IMG/VR virus record: IMGVR_UViG_3300035698_005334
Direction: 5' to 3' (one strand)
From: an uncultured virus (IMG/VR IMGVR_UViG_3300035698_005334)
Lineage: Duplodnaviria > Heunggongvirae > Uroviricota > Caudoviricetes
Length of the DNA: 64,000 bases
Below the pieces are notes generated by a model. That model had not been told where the DNA came from. It worked only from the letters and a program-made list of their open reading frames with translations, and did no database searches. A program made the position numbers and the translations under genes. This document shows, piece after piece, positions 16,679 through 25,922 of the stretch (position 1 is its first letter; each line of letters begins with the position of its first letter).

Positions 16679-19381
16679 CTATCCGTATGCTGCTTCGCGA
16701 TGCTGTCCCAGATCGACGGCGTCTGCGTCCTCTGTAGGATCATCATCAAGTTCGACATATCCCAGACGGCGTAGCCAGATCAGCAACATCGTCACGGTGT
16801 CTGTCAGATCGTCATGCGTTGTTTTCGGAAACTGAGCGCACTCCTCGACGACTTCGAGGGCCCACTTCCGACCTTCGGGATACCAGACCACGCCGTTGTG
16901 GAGCATGACGCTGGCAATGTGCGCCCGAGCAACTTTATCGATCTCGTGTCCCTTGGGACCGCGCCGGACAACGGCCCACTGTTTCGCGGGCACGCCGATG
17001 CGTGAGAGTTCTTGAATTAGCGGTTTACCGGAAGCCTTGGCCTCGATCAGGACCGTATCAGGTTCCCAGTCGTCATAGGATCTTTTGGCTTCCGCCTTCA
17101 GTTCGGGGAACAACACGCGGTCGCGCCACCGTTCCAAAAGCATAGCGTTGTAGCGCCCCTCACCCGATTGGCGCGTTCGCTCGTTGTACCTGAACACGCC
17201 CCATGTCGTGCGGGCTGAATAATCGCTTTCCTCTTTGGCTTCATACGCCGTGTCGTAAACCTGAATGATGTATTCGCAATCAGGGACAGGCGTGTCTTTC
17301 GGCCAGACCCTCCACCAGAAATCCTTGAGGATCGCGCCGCCCGGGGGCGTCGGCCGCTGCTGTAATTGTCCGGCTTGGCCGTATGGTGTCAGACGTCGTT
17401 TGAGCCGGTTCAAGCCCTTCACATCGATGTGCGACGGCCAGAGTAGCTCCTTCAACTCCTTGCGCGGATCGTCCAGACCGATCGGCGATTCGTAGCGAAC
17501 CCCGTCGTACTCCATCGGAATGCAAAGGTGGACCCATTCGTCCTCTTCGTCATCGAGGACGGTGCCTGCAACATCCTGATTGTGGAGACGCTGCATGATG
17601 ATGACGATAGCGCCGTCGCGCTGCGAGTTCAGACGGGTAGAGACGCCATCATTGAACTCGCGCAGCGTTGTCTCGCGCTCCGCATCGGACTGTGCGCCCT
17701 CGTTGTCGTGGGGATCATCGATCAGCAACGTATCGCCGCCGTCGCCCATATAACCCGAGGACATCCCGAACGCCTTACGGTGTCCGTTGTGATTATTTTC
17801 GTATGCCGCCTTGGTATTGGCATCCGTAGTGAACTTGAACTTGCTGCCCCATCGATCCTGATACCATTGGCTGTTCATCAGCCGCCGCGATTTGACCGCG
17901 TCCCTCGTCGAAAGAGAGATGTTGTGCGAGAACGATAGGATCTGGTGGTGCGGTTCGGACGTCCAGCGCCATGCAGGCCAGAACACCCCGATCAGAAGCG
18001 AGTTGTGAACCGCGATATCATTGGCCGTAAAACTACTATCTTCCTCAACAGTCAGGCAGCGGCACCGCTTCACACCACCCTCTTCGATGGCGACGATTGC
18101 ATCGGCAAAGATATCTTCGTCAAACCGCATTCTCCGGTGCGGCATTCGCGATAGTTTTTCGACCTTAGCGCCGACGTGTGTTACGCGATCGCGAAACCTC
18201 TGAGCATCGTCACCGCTGGAAACGCAGAGGTTCCAAAATACATATCCTGCCGGAACCCAGGCGTTTTTGTTATGCACCCGCTTGCGTAGTCGAGATTTAA
18301 TACCGAGCCGCAACAGCAGGTGTTTAATATCATCAAGGAGTTCACGACTAACGCTCGTCCATTCGACCGTCCAGTGAGCGTCTGGTTTGCGGTTTTTGGG
18401 GCTCGCCGTGCCATCGCAAGCGAAATATGATCCGAGGAATAATCCGATCTGCCTTGCGTCCCCTTCAAATACAAAGTCAGGAACGCGCTTTGTGTACGAA
18501 GTCTTACCAGCGAGGCCAACCTGCCTGATCCATTTGCGAGCGCCTTTCGACAAATTATACCTACGCGCTTTACTGCCAGTTTTTGAATAAACGTTCACGG
18601 ACCAACCCATCCGAATACCGCGATCGATAATGTCCGACCCAACCTCTTCGTCCGCAGCGGTCACACTAGCGGCAATCGATGTCTTCTTTTCCGATACGTA
18701 TGTGACGTTGCCGTCGCCAATGATATACCCCGCCATCGCGAATTCGTCATCGGATCGGTCGCTCCCGCCGTGAGATTCAGGGACCGGGGCTCCTAGCACG
18801 TTTCCAACGATAAGGTCTTTAGCCTGCACCCAGCCGTCCGGGGTCAGGAATGGATGATCCGGAGCGGCGCTTATTTCGCGGCCAGCCCAGGTTGTGATTT
18901 TCAAAGTGGGTAATTCGCCCTGAATATGGACAGCAGAAACGCGACGGAATCGGCCTCGGTGCGTTAGAACCTGATCTCCTGTCTCAATATCGGCGAGTCT
19001 TTTCCGTTCGCCGGACTTTGTAAGCAGAAGCGTCTCTTCATCGACAGGTTTCATGCATCTGGGTGGAATATTAATAACTAGTCGCTGTATAGTTCCGTTC
19101 GCGACAGCTTCGAGGTAGGCACAAATGTAATCAATGTGCCAGTTCCAGATCATCTCGCGACCGGGTTCAAGTATCGGCCAAGCCGCCTTTACGAACGCCG
19201 CAAAATCCTTCGCAAGCGTTATCGACTCGTGTCGAGCGAGTGTCTTGGTTTTGATCGCGTAGTCTTCGCGTTCCCATTCCTCGATCTGCTCTTGCAGCAG
19301 TTGAAGATCGGTCGTGCCCTCGATCCATGCCCGGTCGCCCGTTACCGCTGTGGCGCTGACCGGAACTAGATCTTGCGCCAT
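16679..19381 (-). CDS. terL: Terminase large subunit containing an intein
   Basis: LVINIPPRCMK|...|SLL Walker A, LLIDDPH Walker B, IMQRLH, YDTAY, IEAKASG and HDDLTD nuclease motifs. Confidence 0.95.
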   Translation of the reverse strand: MAQDLVPVSATAVTGDRAWIEGTTDLQLLQEQIEEWEREDYAIKTKTLARHESITLAKDFAAFVKAAWPILEPGREMIWNWHIDYICAYLEAVANGTIQRLVINIPPRCMKPVDEETLLLTKSGERKRLADIETGDQVLTHRGRFRRVSAVHIQGELPTLKITTWAGREISAAPDHPFLTPDGWVQAKDLIVGNVLGAPVPESHGGSDRSDDEFAMAGYIIGDGNVTYVSEKKTSIAASVTAADEEVGSDIIDRGIRMGWSVNVYSKTGSKARRYNLSKGARKWIRQVGLAGKTSYTKRVPDFVFEGDARQIGLFLGSYFACDGTASPKNRKPDAHWTVEWTSVSRELLDDIKHLLLRLGIKSRLRKRVHNKNAWVPAGYVFWNLCVSSGDDAQRFRDRVTHVGAKVEKLSRMPHRRMRFDEDIFADAIVAIEEGGVKRCRCLTVEEDSSFTANDIAVHNSLLIGVFWPAWRWTSEPHHQILSFSHNISLSTRDAVKSRRLMNSQWYQDRWGSKFKFTTDANTKAAYENNHNGHRKAFGMSSGYMGDGGDTLLIDDPHDNEGAQSDAERETTLREFNDGVSTRLNSQRDGAIVIIMQRLHNQDVAGTVLDDEEDEWVHLCIPMEYDGVRYESPIGLDDPRKELKELLWPSHIDVKGLNRLKRRLTPYGQAGQLQQRPTPPGGAILKDFWWRVWPKDTPVPDCEYIIQVYDTAYEAKEESDYSARTTWGVFRYNERTRQSGEGRYNAMLLERWRDRVLFPELKAEAKRSYDDWEPDTVLIEAKASGKPLIQELSRIGVPAKQWAVVRRGPKGHEIDKVARAHIASVMLHNGVVWYPEGRKWALEVVEECAQFPKTTHDDLTDTVTMLLIWLRRLGYVELDDDPTEDADAVDLGQHREAAYG
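18002..19048 (-). mobile_element. Intein (349 aa) with LAGLIDADG endonuclease in the TerL Walker A motif
   Basis: Begins PVDEETLLLT, block B AAPDHPF, LAGLIDADG-like GYIIGDG and GSYFACDG, ends IAVHN|S; removal restores PRCMKSLL. Confidence 0.92.
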
Positions 19382-19384
19382 GGG

Positions 19385-19927
19385 CTAGTGAACTGTCTCG
19401 CCGCCTGATTGCTCAAGCTTCTTGATCTCGGCGATGCGTTTTCTCGCAAGCTTGATCTTCTGGTCGATGTCCGCGCTCGCAACCAGAAGCTCATCGGATT
19501 CCATCTTGTCGAGGTCGCGAACAACGATCTCGCGTTTCTCGACAATCAGCCCGTGCAGCTTGGAAATATCCATAGCGATCTTCGCCATTTGCTGCGCGTT
19601 CCTGGCATCCGACGCGATGTCGTATGCGTTCTGAAGCATGGTCGTCGTGGTGTCGATCGTTATGTTGTGGCGCTTTCTGTGCCGGGTGCGGATCCGCTGG
19701 ATCTCTCTCCGGACGAACGTGTTCGCCATGAGAGCCACGCCGCCCTGAGAATGGGTGGCTGGGTTGTCAGACTGAGAGTAAACGATCCTGTAAGCCGCCG
19801 AAGCATTGCCGCCGCTGGACACGTAAAATTCCGCGAAATCTGACTGCTTTTGCGTTAGGCCGTTTATTCTCGTCTTCCCCAACTCAAATCCTTTCCGGCC
19901 AATTCCATCGACCTGCTTCGTTGCCAA
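19385..19927 (-). CDS. terS: Terminase small subunit
   Basis: LTQKQSDFAEFYV...NASAAYR HTH; KLHGLIVEK; directly upstream of TerL. Confidence 0.85.
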   Translation of the reverse strand: MATKQVDGIGRKGFELGKTRINGLTQKQSDFAEFYVSSGGNASAAYRIVYSQSDNPATHSQGGVALMANTFVRREIQRIRTRHRKRHNITIDTTTTMLQNAYDIASDARNAQQMAKIAMDISKLHGLIVEKREIVVRDLDKMESDELLVASADIDQKIKLARKRIAEIKKLEQSGGETVH

Positions 19928-20294
19928 GATCAGCGCCCTCGACCCAAAGCGTGTCGTTTCCGTCTAGCGTGCATTGACCGTTCACCCGGTAGTGGCCGAC
20001 GTACTCGCCGTCGTGAACGGCCGTGATTGTCATCGAGACGATCTGTTCCTCGATAACGGTATTGCCGACATGTGCCATGTGTCCGGGGCGACGTTTCACA
20101 AGCTCCGACCGAACCGCGTCCGTGCGTCGGGCGTTGATTTCGTCCGCCTCATCTTCGGTCAGTGCGTAATGCACCATCCTACCGATAGAGGGCTTGGGCA
20201 CCGGGCGTTCCGGCTGTTCGGTTTCAGTCATGATCTCTCCAAGAGAAAACCCGACCCCCGTGTGCAGTCGGGAGCCGGGCTTATAGCGCAACAT
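19884..20294 (-). CDS. Hypothetical phage protein
   Basis: KPSIGRMVHY...VNGQCTLDG...WNWPER; likely start at MTETEQ. Confidence 0.7.
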   Translation of the reverse strand: MLRYKPGSRLHTGVGFSLGEIMTETEQPERPVPKPSIGRMVHYALTEDEADEINARRTDAVRSELVKRRPGHMAHVGNTVIEEQIVSMTITAVHDGEYVGHYRVNGQCTLDGNDTLWVEGADLGNEAGRWNWPERI

Positions 20295-20542
20295 GAGAAG
20301 GGAATTCTCGGGAGGCTGTTGCGGGTTTTCGCGTTGACCGGGAGGTGTTAACCGGGGCTCGCGGCACTACCGCAGCATAAGAAAAAGTTGCATTTCCCAA
20401 CACAGCGCGCAAGTCGGTAATTTTAAGTAACTGCAACACGTTGAAATCATTGATATATATGGAGAAAGTACTTTGAAGTACTTTGAGGTTTTTCAAACCC
20501 CATATAGTTCTGATTTCTATTTATTATCAATATGTTGTGGTA

Positions 20543-20836
20543 TCAGTCTTGAGGAAGAAGCGTGTTGCCTTGCTCGAATGCTTCCTTCGGACTCCACGAT
20601 TCGTAACCGTCCGCGTAAACCACCAGATACCCGCCTTCGAGAACCATGTGATCTTCATACCATTCGTCGGTGACCGAAATCTCGGGCATTTCCCGACCGG
20701 CCGCGTCCTCACAGATCAAGCCGGTCATATCCTCGGGGCCTTGGATCACTCGAAGTATCTTCGCGGCCCAAACCTTCTTGTGGGATTGGTATTGCGGCAG
20801 TGTTGCTTGCAGGTATTCTCGGCGTTCATCGGCCAT
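20543..20836 (-). CDS. Small phage protein with GYESWSPxxxFE motif
   Basis: LPQYQSHKKVWAAKI...GGYLVVYADGYESWSPKEAFEQG; RBS GGGAG before ATG 20836. Confidence 0.7.
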   Translation of the reverse strand: MADERREYLQATLPQYQSHKKVWAAKILRVIQGPEDMTGLICEDAAGREMPEISVTDEWYEDHMVLEGGYLVVYADGYESWSPKEAFEQGNTLLPQD

Positions 20837-20846
20837 GGTGATCTCC

Positions 20847-21086
20847 CTAGTTGATGGATCCTGTTTTGACGTCCGGCATGATAATTTCGCTTTTGGCTTC
20901 ACGCTTCGCAGCGTCTTCCTTGGCGGCTTGCCAGTCAGAAACACTAAGCATCATGACGTCGAATTGTAGCCCGCCAATGTTGAATCCGATCGGGCCCGCC
21001 GCTACGACACGGCCCGCCGCCAGCAAGACGGTTGTCCCGTTCATGATCCCGGGGTTCGATAGGACTTGGTAATTTCTCGTGGTCAA
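20847..21086 (-). CDS. Hypothetical protein
   Basis: 79-aa ORF coupled to the upstream gene. Confidence 0.55.
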   Translation of the reverse strand: MTTRNYQVLSNPGIMNGTTVLLAAGRVVAAGPIGFNIGGLQFDVMMLSVSDWQAAKEDAAKREAKSEIIMPDVKTGSIN

Positions 21087-21913
21087 CGCATCCTCGCTTT
21101 CTTGATCTCGACGTACAGTTCGAGGGCCTCGACAAGCAGGATTAATGCTTTGCGTCTCCCCATCCTGTACCGGCGCATCGCCCGGTCAACCGGCTCGCCA
21201 TCGACGATGATATCCATTGTGAATTCGAGGGAGGTTTTGAGGGCGCGAAACCCAGACGGGCCGCACCGATGAAAACCGCCTCCGAACTCTCCAACGACAT
21301 ATCCGCATAATCGGCAGTATTGAAATTGGTGATTGAGCATCGCGCGGGTCCAGGGCAGGTACACGTCGGCGTGGATCTCGGCGAGGGCCGTCGGGATATC
21401 CGATTCCGGACCACCGCCACCGCCTACGCCTGAATAATCCTGGGCCCGGACAGTCAGCCGTCGCGTGATCGCTTCGTACACCCGGGCAATCTCTCGCGAT
21501 GCATCCAATGCCGCGTTGCTGATCTTTCCGTTGGTGTGGAGTTCCGTGATGGGATCCGCGCGTGCGGGGCGGGATATCGTTTCCGGTGTCGGTCCTTCCG
21601 CGTCCCGTTCTTTGAGTGTCTGCCTGCCGGACGCGGAGACGATCAGTGTGTGGAGGTCGTGCGCCCGCTTGGCGTAGTCCTTCCCGATCTGCTTCAGTCC
21701 CTCCGGGTCACGCTTTTGAAGCCCGGCGACGGTGAGGTTCAGCTTGCCGAGCAGTCGTAGGGCGTTGGTGTGTGCGTCCGGCTGTCTCAGGCGGTAGGAC
21801 TGCTCCACGACCGCGAGCGTCCACATCCATGTCTTCTCGTCGTTCTGGGGTAAGCCATCAACCACGCGGTTTCCAACTCCACGACTTGCCGTATTTGCCT
21901 TTCGAGGGATCAT
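21083..21913 (-). CDS. Putative late transcription regulator
   Basis: DPITELHTNGKIS...; C-terminal HTH-like segment; position upstream of packaging genes is Q-like. Confidence 0.45.
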   Translation of the reverse strand: MIPRKANTASRGVGNRVVDGLPQNDEKTWMWTLAVVEQSYRLRQPDAHTNALRLLGKLNLTVAGLQKRDPEGLKQIGKDYAKRAHDLHTLIVSASGRQTLKERDAEGPTPETISRPARADPITELHTNGKISNAALDASREIARVYEAITRRLTVRAQDYSGVGGGGGPESDIPTALAEIHADVYLPWTRAMLNHQFQYCRLCGYVVGEFGGGFHRCGPSGFRALKTSLEFTMDIIVDGEPVDRAMRRYRMGRRKALILLVEALELYVEIKKARMR

Positions 21914-22250
21914 CCCTTTTGAGGAACGGCATCTCGATCTCGCTTATGTGGTTGAATTCTTTTGCGACGATCTCGATGTCAGGGGGCGGCGGATCGTGCC
22001 TAAATAATTCACGGTACATGTCCTCCGATCGCACAAACTGTAGGCGCGACTGACCGTAGGACTCATATAAAAACCAACCACTGTCGTACGGCGCTCCGAC
22101 ATAGAACCCTTCCGAGACTTCCTTCCAAAGGAACTCATCATCCTCTGAAAGCGTAATGAGCCCGACGGCCGTGCCGAAGGCCAAGAGATTACCAATGAAC
22201 TGCCGCCGCGACAGGACGTCCAGTTTCTCGAAGCTGCTTTCATCCTTCAT
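21858..22250 (-). CDS. Hypothetical protein with twin-Arg-like N-terminus
   Basis: LSRRQFIGNLLAFGTAVGLITL. Confidence 0.55.
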   Translation of the reverse strand: MKDESSFEKLDVLSRRQFIGNLLAFGTAVGLITLSEDDEFLWKEVSEGFYVGAPYDSGWFLYESYGQSRLQFVRSEDMYRELFRHDPPPPDIEIVAKEFNHISEIEMPFLKRDDPSKGKYGKSWSWKPRG

Positions 22251-22681
22251 GCTGCCGTCCCCTTTATCCTCTGGTAGTAAGCCCTGCTACTGGCCCTGTC
22301 ACATGTACGGCAATGACGCCTCCGGCTTTTATCGATGTAGGTGTTCTCGGAATTGTAGGGATGGCCTTCCAGGCAGTGAGTTTTCTTCTGGTTCCACTGC
22401 CGTCCCTTACGGTCTCGGTCAGCGGTGTTCTCAGCGTTGGTTCCTAGCCATAAATGATCGATGTTGACGCACGCTCGCACATCGCACGAATGGCAAACGC
22501 ACATACCTTCGGGAATGGGACCGTTCATCTCGATCCACATTTCCCGATGGACGCGAACCTTTTTTCCGTCTTTTCTGAGTGACCCGTAGCCCTTCCGACT
22601 CACGTAACCTGTCCACATATGACACCCTGAAACGGGATCTACTATGATTTTGGAATAAAACCGTTCTTTAAATGTGAGCAA
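22247..22681 (-). CDS. HNH homing endonuclease
   Basis: SGCHMWTG...VHR...VCHSCDVRACVNIDHLWLGTNAEN, C-terminal THCLEGH...CRTC. Confidence 0.92.
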   Translation of the reverse strand: MLTFKERFYSKIIVDPVSGCHMWTGYVSRKGYGSLRKDGKKVRVHREMWIEMNGPIPEGMCVCHSCDVRACVNIDHLWLGTNAENTADRDRKGRQWNQKKTHCLEGHPYNSENTYIDKSRRRHCRTCDRASSRAYYQRIKGTAA

Positions 22682-23086
22682 TTAATCCTCCATCTTGCCG
22701 TCGATGTTCGGGTGTTTTCGATGGCGACCGACGATCTTTGGCTTCACAAACGTTAGCCGCTCGAACGGCAACGAACCTTCGACAAGTTCCGTACCATGCT
22801 CAAAATGTATTGTCATGACAAAAGGTATGCCCGAAACGATCGTCGGTACCGACCACGGCTTCCGGAGAACGGGGTGATCGATGGGTTTTGGATAGATATT
22901 GGGATCATTCGGGGCCTGGGTCGCAAAAACCACGCCTCGCGCATCCAGGCACGAAGCGCAGAACCAGCCCTTGGGGTTCACGCATTCAACGATGACGCGG
23001 TCAGGTTTCCCGCAGCCGGTGCAGCGATCGGTCATCCTTCCCCCCGGTTCGGTCGAAGCGTGGTAGCGACTTGGTGCGCGAACCAA
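22682..23086 (-). CDS. Hypothetical Zn-finger protein
   Basis: CTGC...CASC; likely start at MTDRC. Confidence 0.55.
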   Translation of the reverse strand: MVRAPSRYHASTEPGGRMTDRCTGCGKPDRVIVECVNPKGWFCASCLDARGVVFATQAPNDPNIYPKPIDHPVLRKPWSVPTIVSGIPFVMTIHFEHGTELVEGSLPFERLTFVKPKIVGRHRKHPNIDGKMED

Positions 23087-23271
23087 TCGTAGAACAGGCG
23101 AATTTCGTCGGAATTCTTGAACGTTAGGGTGTTGATTCTCACCTCGTCGTAGCGTGACCCATCAATGTTATCGCCTACCTCGACAACCCGTATGTCGTTG
23201 TGAATGTTCATCTTTTCAAGATGAGGATTCATCGAAGGATTGCCGCATATCATCAAAACACGTTTAGTCAA
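23032..23271 (-). CDS. Hypothetical protein
   Basis: Coupled small ORF. Confidence 0.5.
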   Translation of the reverse strand: MTKRVLMICGNPSMNPHLEKMNIHNDIRVVEVGDNIDGSRYDEVRINTLTFKNSDEIRLFYDWFAHQVATTLRPNRGEG

Positions 23272-23450
23272 CTGGGGGCATCCTTCTCATCCAAACGTAT
23301 TGATCCAATCTTACCAACCAGCATCTTCGAGAGATCCTGGTCGCCGGTAATCATCATCGGCGGGGCAAAGTATTTCAGGATCTCCGCATTCTGTTTGAGT
23401 ATCTCGGTCGTGGTCTCGCGGCACCACTTCGGATCAAGTCCGTCAATCAT
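23268..23450 (-). CDS. Hypothetical protein
   Basis: Coupled small ORF. Confidence 0.5.
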   Translation of the reverse strand: MIDGLDPKWCRETTTEILKQNAEILKYFAPPMMITGDQDLSKMLVGKIGSIRLDEKDAPS

Positions 23451-23637
23451 CGATACTTCCTCTCATGATGTGATTCAGCCCGTCCTTGTCGGCGAGGCCC
23501 TTCTTTTCCAAATCGTTTATCACGACCATCTCGCCAGCAATGACAGCGGCCGCGCGGGGATCCCTGCCCTCGGCAATGGCAAGCTTACGAGCCTCGACTT
23601 GCGCAAGTTCGATCTCGTGGATCAGGGGGCTTCTCAT
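23443..23637 (-). CDS. Hypothetical protein
   Basis: Coupled small ORF (ATGA overlap). Confidence 0.55.
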   Translation of the reverse strand: MRSPLIHEIELAQVEARKLAIAEGRDPRAAAVIAGEMVVINDLEKKGLADKDGLNHIMRGSIDD

Positions 23638-24101
23638 GCCCCAATCTCAACAAATGGGATAAGCCTGTTTTGCGGCACCCACCATGCACCCGACATGCCT
23701 CGCTCACCGGCCCTGTAAAACTCGTCGACCTTCGCGTCTTCGCCTAGCGTCCACCCAACTATCGTGTATCGAGGCGCGTCCGTGATGATTAAAATGAACT
23801 GCTCGGAAATCGAGTCGTTGGGACGGAACAGCAAATTTCCATTCTTGTGGACGGTCGATCTAATCTGCACAACACCGACGTCCGGGGCCTTGAACGTATT
23901 TACGCCTGCATCCCAGAATAGCCCCATGTGTTTCGCGTAAGCCATCTCAGCACCAGCCCCGTTGATATCGGTCGCCCAGTCCGAGGTCGAGGCATGGACG
24001 TTCGCGTTGAGACCTTTTTTTATGGACGTGATCCGACGAACGCATCCTGCCATCGCGGCCTGGAATAGTTCCGCCATGGTCAAGGTCACAACCACGCTCA
24101 T
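23634..24101 (-). CDS. Conserved phage protein, possibly with a PD-(D/E)xK-like fold
   Basis: GAGAEMAYAK...PDVG..QIRST pattern. Confidence 0.55.
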   Translation of the reverse strand: MSVVVTLTMAELFQAAMAGCVRRITSIKKGLNANVHASTSDWATDINGAGAEMAYAKHMGLFWDAGVNTFKAPDVGVVQIRSTVHKNGNLLFRPNDSISEQFILIITDAPRYTIVGWTLGEDAKVDEFYRAGERGMSGAWWVPQNRLIPFVEIGA

Positions 24102-24328
24102 GACAGCACCCGCCGTCCAGCATAGTTGAACTCTGATTCCGCCATAGCCTTCGCCATCGGACGATCTATCGGTTCAAGCTTCGTTTCCATAGCAGGCGTC
24201 GGACGGGTCAGGTTCCGGAACTTGGCCGAACACGAGTACCCGCAGAACCGAGCTTCTGCCCGGGCGTTGATCGGCAGCATGTTGTTGCACTCCGGGCTTT
24301 CGCAAACGCGCTGTTTTCTACGAACCAT
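24098..24328 (-). CDS. Small Zn-finger protein
   Basis: CESPEC...ARFCGYSC. Confidence 0.55.
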   Translation of the reverse strand: MVRRKQRVCESPECNNMLPINARAEARFCGYSCSAKFRNLTRPTPAMETKLEPIDRPMAKAMAESEFNYAGRRVLS

Positions 24329-24665
24329 CTTTCACCTCATCGAATAATGGGAGCGGCCGTCGGGCTGCACGGCCCGCACGTCGCATAGGGGCGTCATACA
24401 AATTGTGGCACTGCTGGCAACCGGCCATCAAATTTTCGTCGTCACAATTCTCCGGGGTATGGTCGAGATGCATCGTCGTCAGAACAACGATCGATCCCGT
24501 GCGCGGGTGTTCCCGGCCATGAACCGCCCGGCACCGGCTGCTGTGTTCAAGCCCACACTGGCCGGTGCATTCACAGCGGCCGTCAGCACGCTCGAACCGG
24601 ATCCGATCCGAAATCTCTTTCCAGTCGGCGGGGTATCGGGCCCGGTTTTCAGGCCGGATGGGCAT
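24318..24665 (-). CDS. Small HNH-like protein
   Basis: MPIRPENRARYPADW...VLTTMHLDHTPENC...NLMAGCQQCHNLYD. Confidence 0.8.
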   Translation of the reverse strand: MPIRPENRARYPADWKEISDRIRFERADGRCECTGQCGLEHSSRCRAVHGREHPRTGSIVVLTTMHLDHTPENCDDENLMAGCQQCHNLYDAPMRRAGRAARRPLPLFDEVKDGS

Positions 24666-25262
24666 TGCCTGCCTGCATGATGATTGTCATAAAACTCTCT
24701 CCAAAAAGTTTAGGTACACAACCCTAGCAGATTTCACCGGGTATGCGGTATCGCTGTTTCCGAGGCCCGCATAATCCGAGCCGCGAGCAAGAGCGTCCTG
24801 CCTTCCGCGATCAGCGAGCGGGCAAGCGCTTCGAGTTCATCTGCTTTGGTCAATTGTCTGAGCCCCCAAGATTCGAACTTGGCCCGCCGGAGTTGATCCG
24901 GAATCACAAGACGGCAGCGCGGCATCCCGTATTTGTCGCCGCAAGCTCAGAAAATCCTTCATACACCAATTCCGCCCAGTCCACTACGACGCTCCCCGCC
25001 CATCGGATCCCGGCGCGGACATGTCGGATTTTGGCACGTCTGCTCGCTCGTCGGTGGACAGATGCACCCGGCCGGTGGCGGAACGATCCTTGACACTGTT
25101 CGCTGAGAACACTTCGGGCAATCCCCGACCCCATCGTAACGGCCGTGCCGCCAGCAAACCGACTCCACACTCGTTCCCGCCTGATGGAACTCCGCAGCGG
25201 ACTGACACAACGGACAACCAGCCGGACTATCGAATTCCCCGTGAATACCGCAATTCCCTCGC

Positions 25263-25445
25263 TCAACCATCAATCTTCCTCCATTCCCAGCAGTATCCGT
25301 CAACCTGAACCTTCGGCCAGCACGACAAAGGAAAACCTCCTTGGGATATGACTTGCGGCGGAAACCTATGACACCGCCCCTGACTACCCTCGCCAACATC
25401 TAAAAAATGCTCGCACGCCTCACACCTGTTCTTCTCAACCATCAA
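25263..25445 (-). CDS. Small Cys-rich protein
   Basis: CEACEHF...CHRFPP...WP...YCWEW; resembles 26322..26537. Confidence 0.55.
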   Translation of the reverse strand: MMVEKNRCEACEHFLDVGEGSQGRCHRFPPQVISQGGFPLSCWPKVQVDGYCWEWRKIDG

Positions 25446-25771
25446 TTCTCTCCCTTCGGCTGGTACTCCAAATGGATATGGTCGCTTTCCAAAATCACAT
25501 CAAAGTCGGAAGTACCAAGCGCGCCCCGCAACTCGTGAACAATCTTCTTCGCCTGGGCATTGCTGATATCATTCGTCCGGAAGTCGGCCGCGCACCCCGA
25601 ATAGTGAAGGCTCGTCCGCGAATGCGTGCTGTCCACAAGCGACGTCACCGTCATACTTGCCCCATTATCCCGGTAAACCCCGTCCGCAATACCAAGGGCC
25701 ATCACCAGTTCCGGACGGATACCCCGGGCCGATACTCCATTTTTAAGCTTCATCTCAATCACCCTCCTCAA
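25442..25771 (-). CDS. Endolysin, peptidase M15-like Zn peptidase
   Basis: VTS...SLHYSGCAADFRT (SxHxxGxAxD) and DHIHLEY metal-binding motifs; likely start ATG 25753. Confidence 0.75.
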   Translation of the reverse strand: MRRVIEMKLKNGVSARGIRPELVMALGIADGVYRDNGASMTVTSLVDSTHSRTSLHYSGCAADFRTNDISNAQAKKIVHELRGALGTSDFDVILESDHIHLEYQPKGEN

Positions 25772-25835
25772 TCCCGGCAGGAATGTTCGCGATTTTTTTT
25801 AGGGAAGACAAGGGGGGGCATCCAGTCCCGCAGTA

Positions 25836-25922
25836 AGTGGGAAGTGCGGAGCTGCGGGAAGCTGCGGGAAGAAAGCGGGAACCCCTGCAAAGCTGCGCCT
25901 CACAGAGCGGGAGAAAGCGGGA
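25836..25922 (+). repeat. Cluster of GCGGGA repeats in a gene-poor gap
   Basis: GCGGGA at 25854, 25864, 25875, 25907 and 25917; variants GTGGGA at 25837 and GCGGA at 25846. Confidence 0.75.

Noticed and set aside
25836..25922. Repeat cluster as a CRISPR array
   Set aside because: Units are only 6-10 bp with no spacer-length unique sequences and no cas genes
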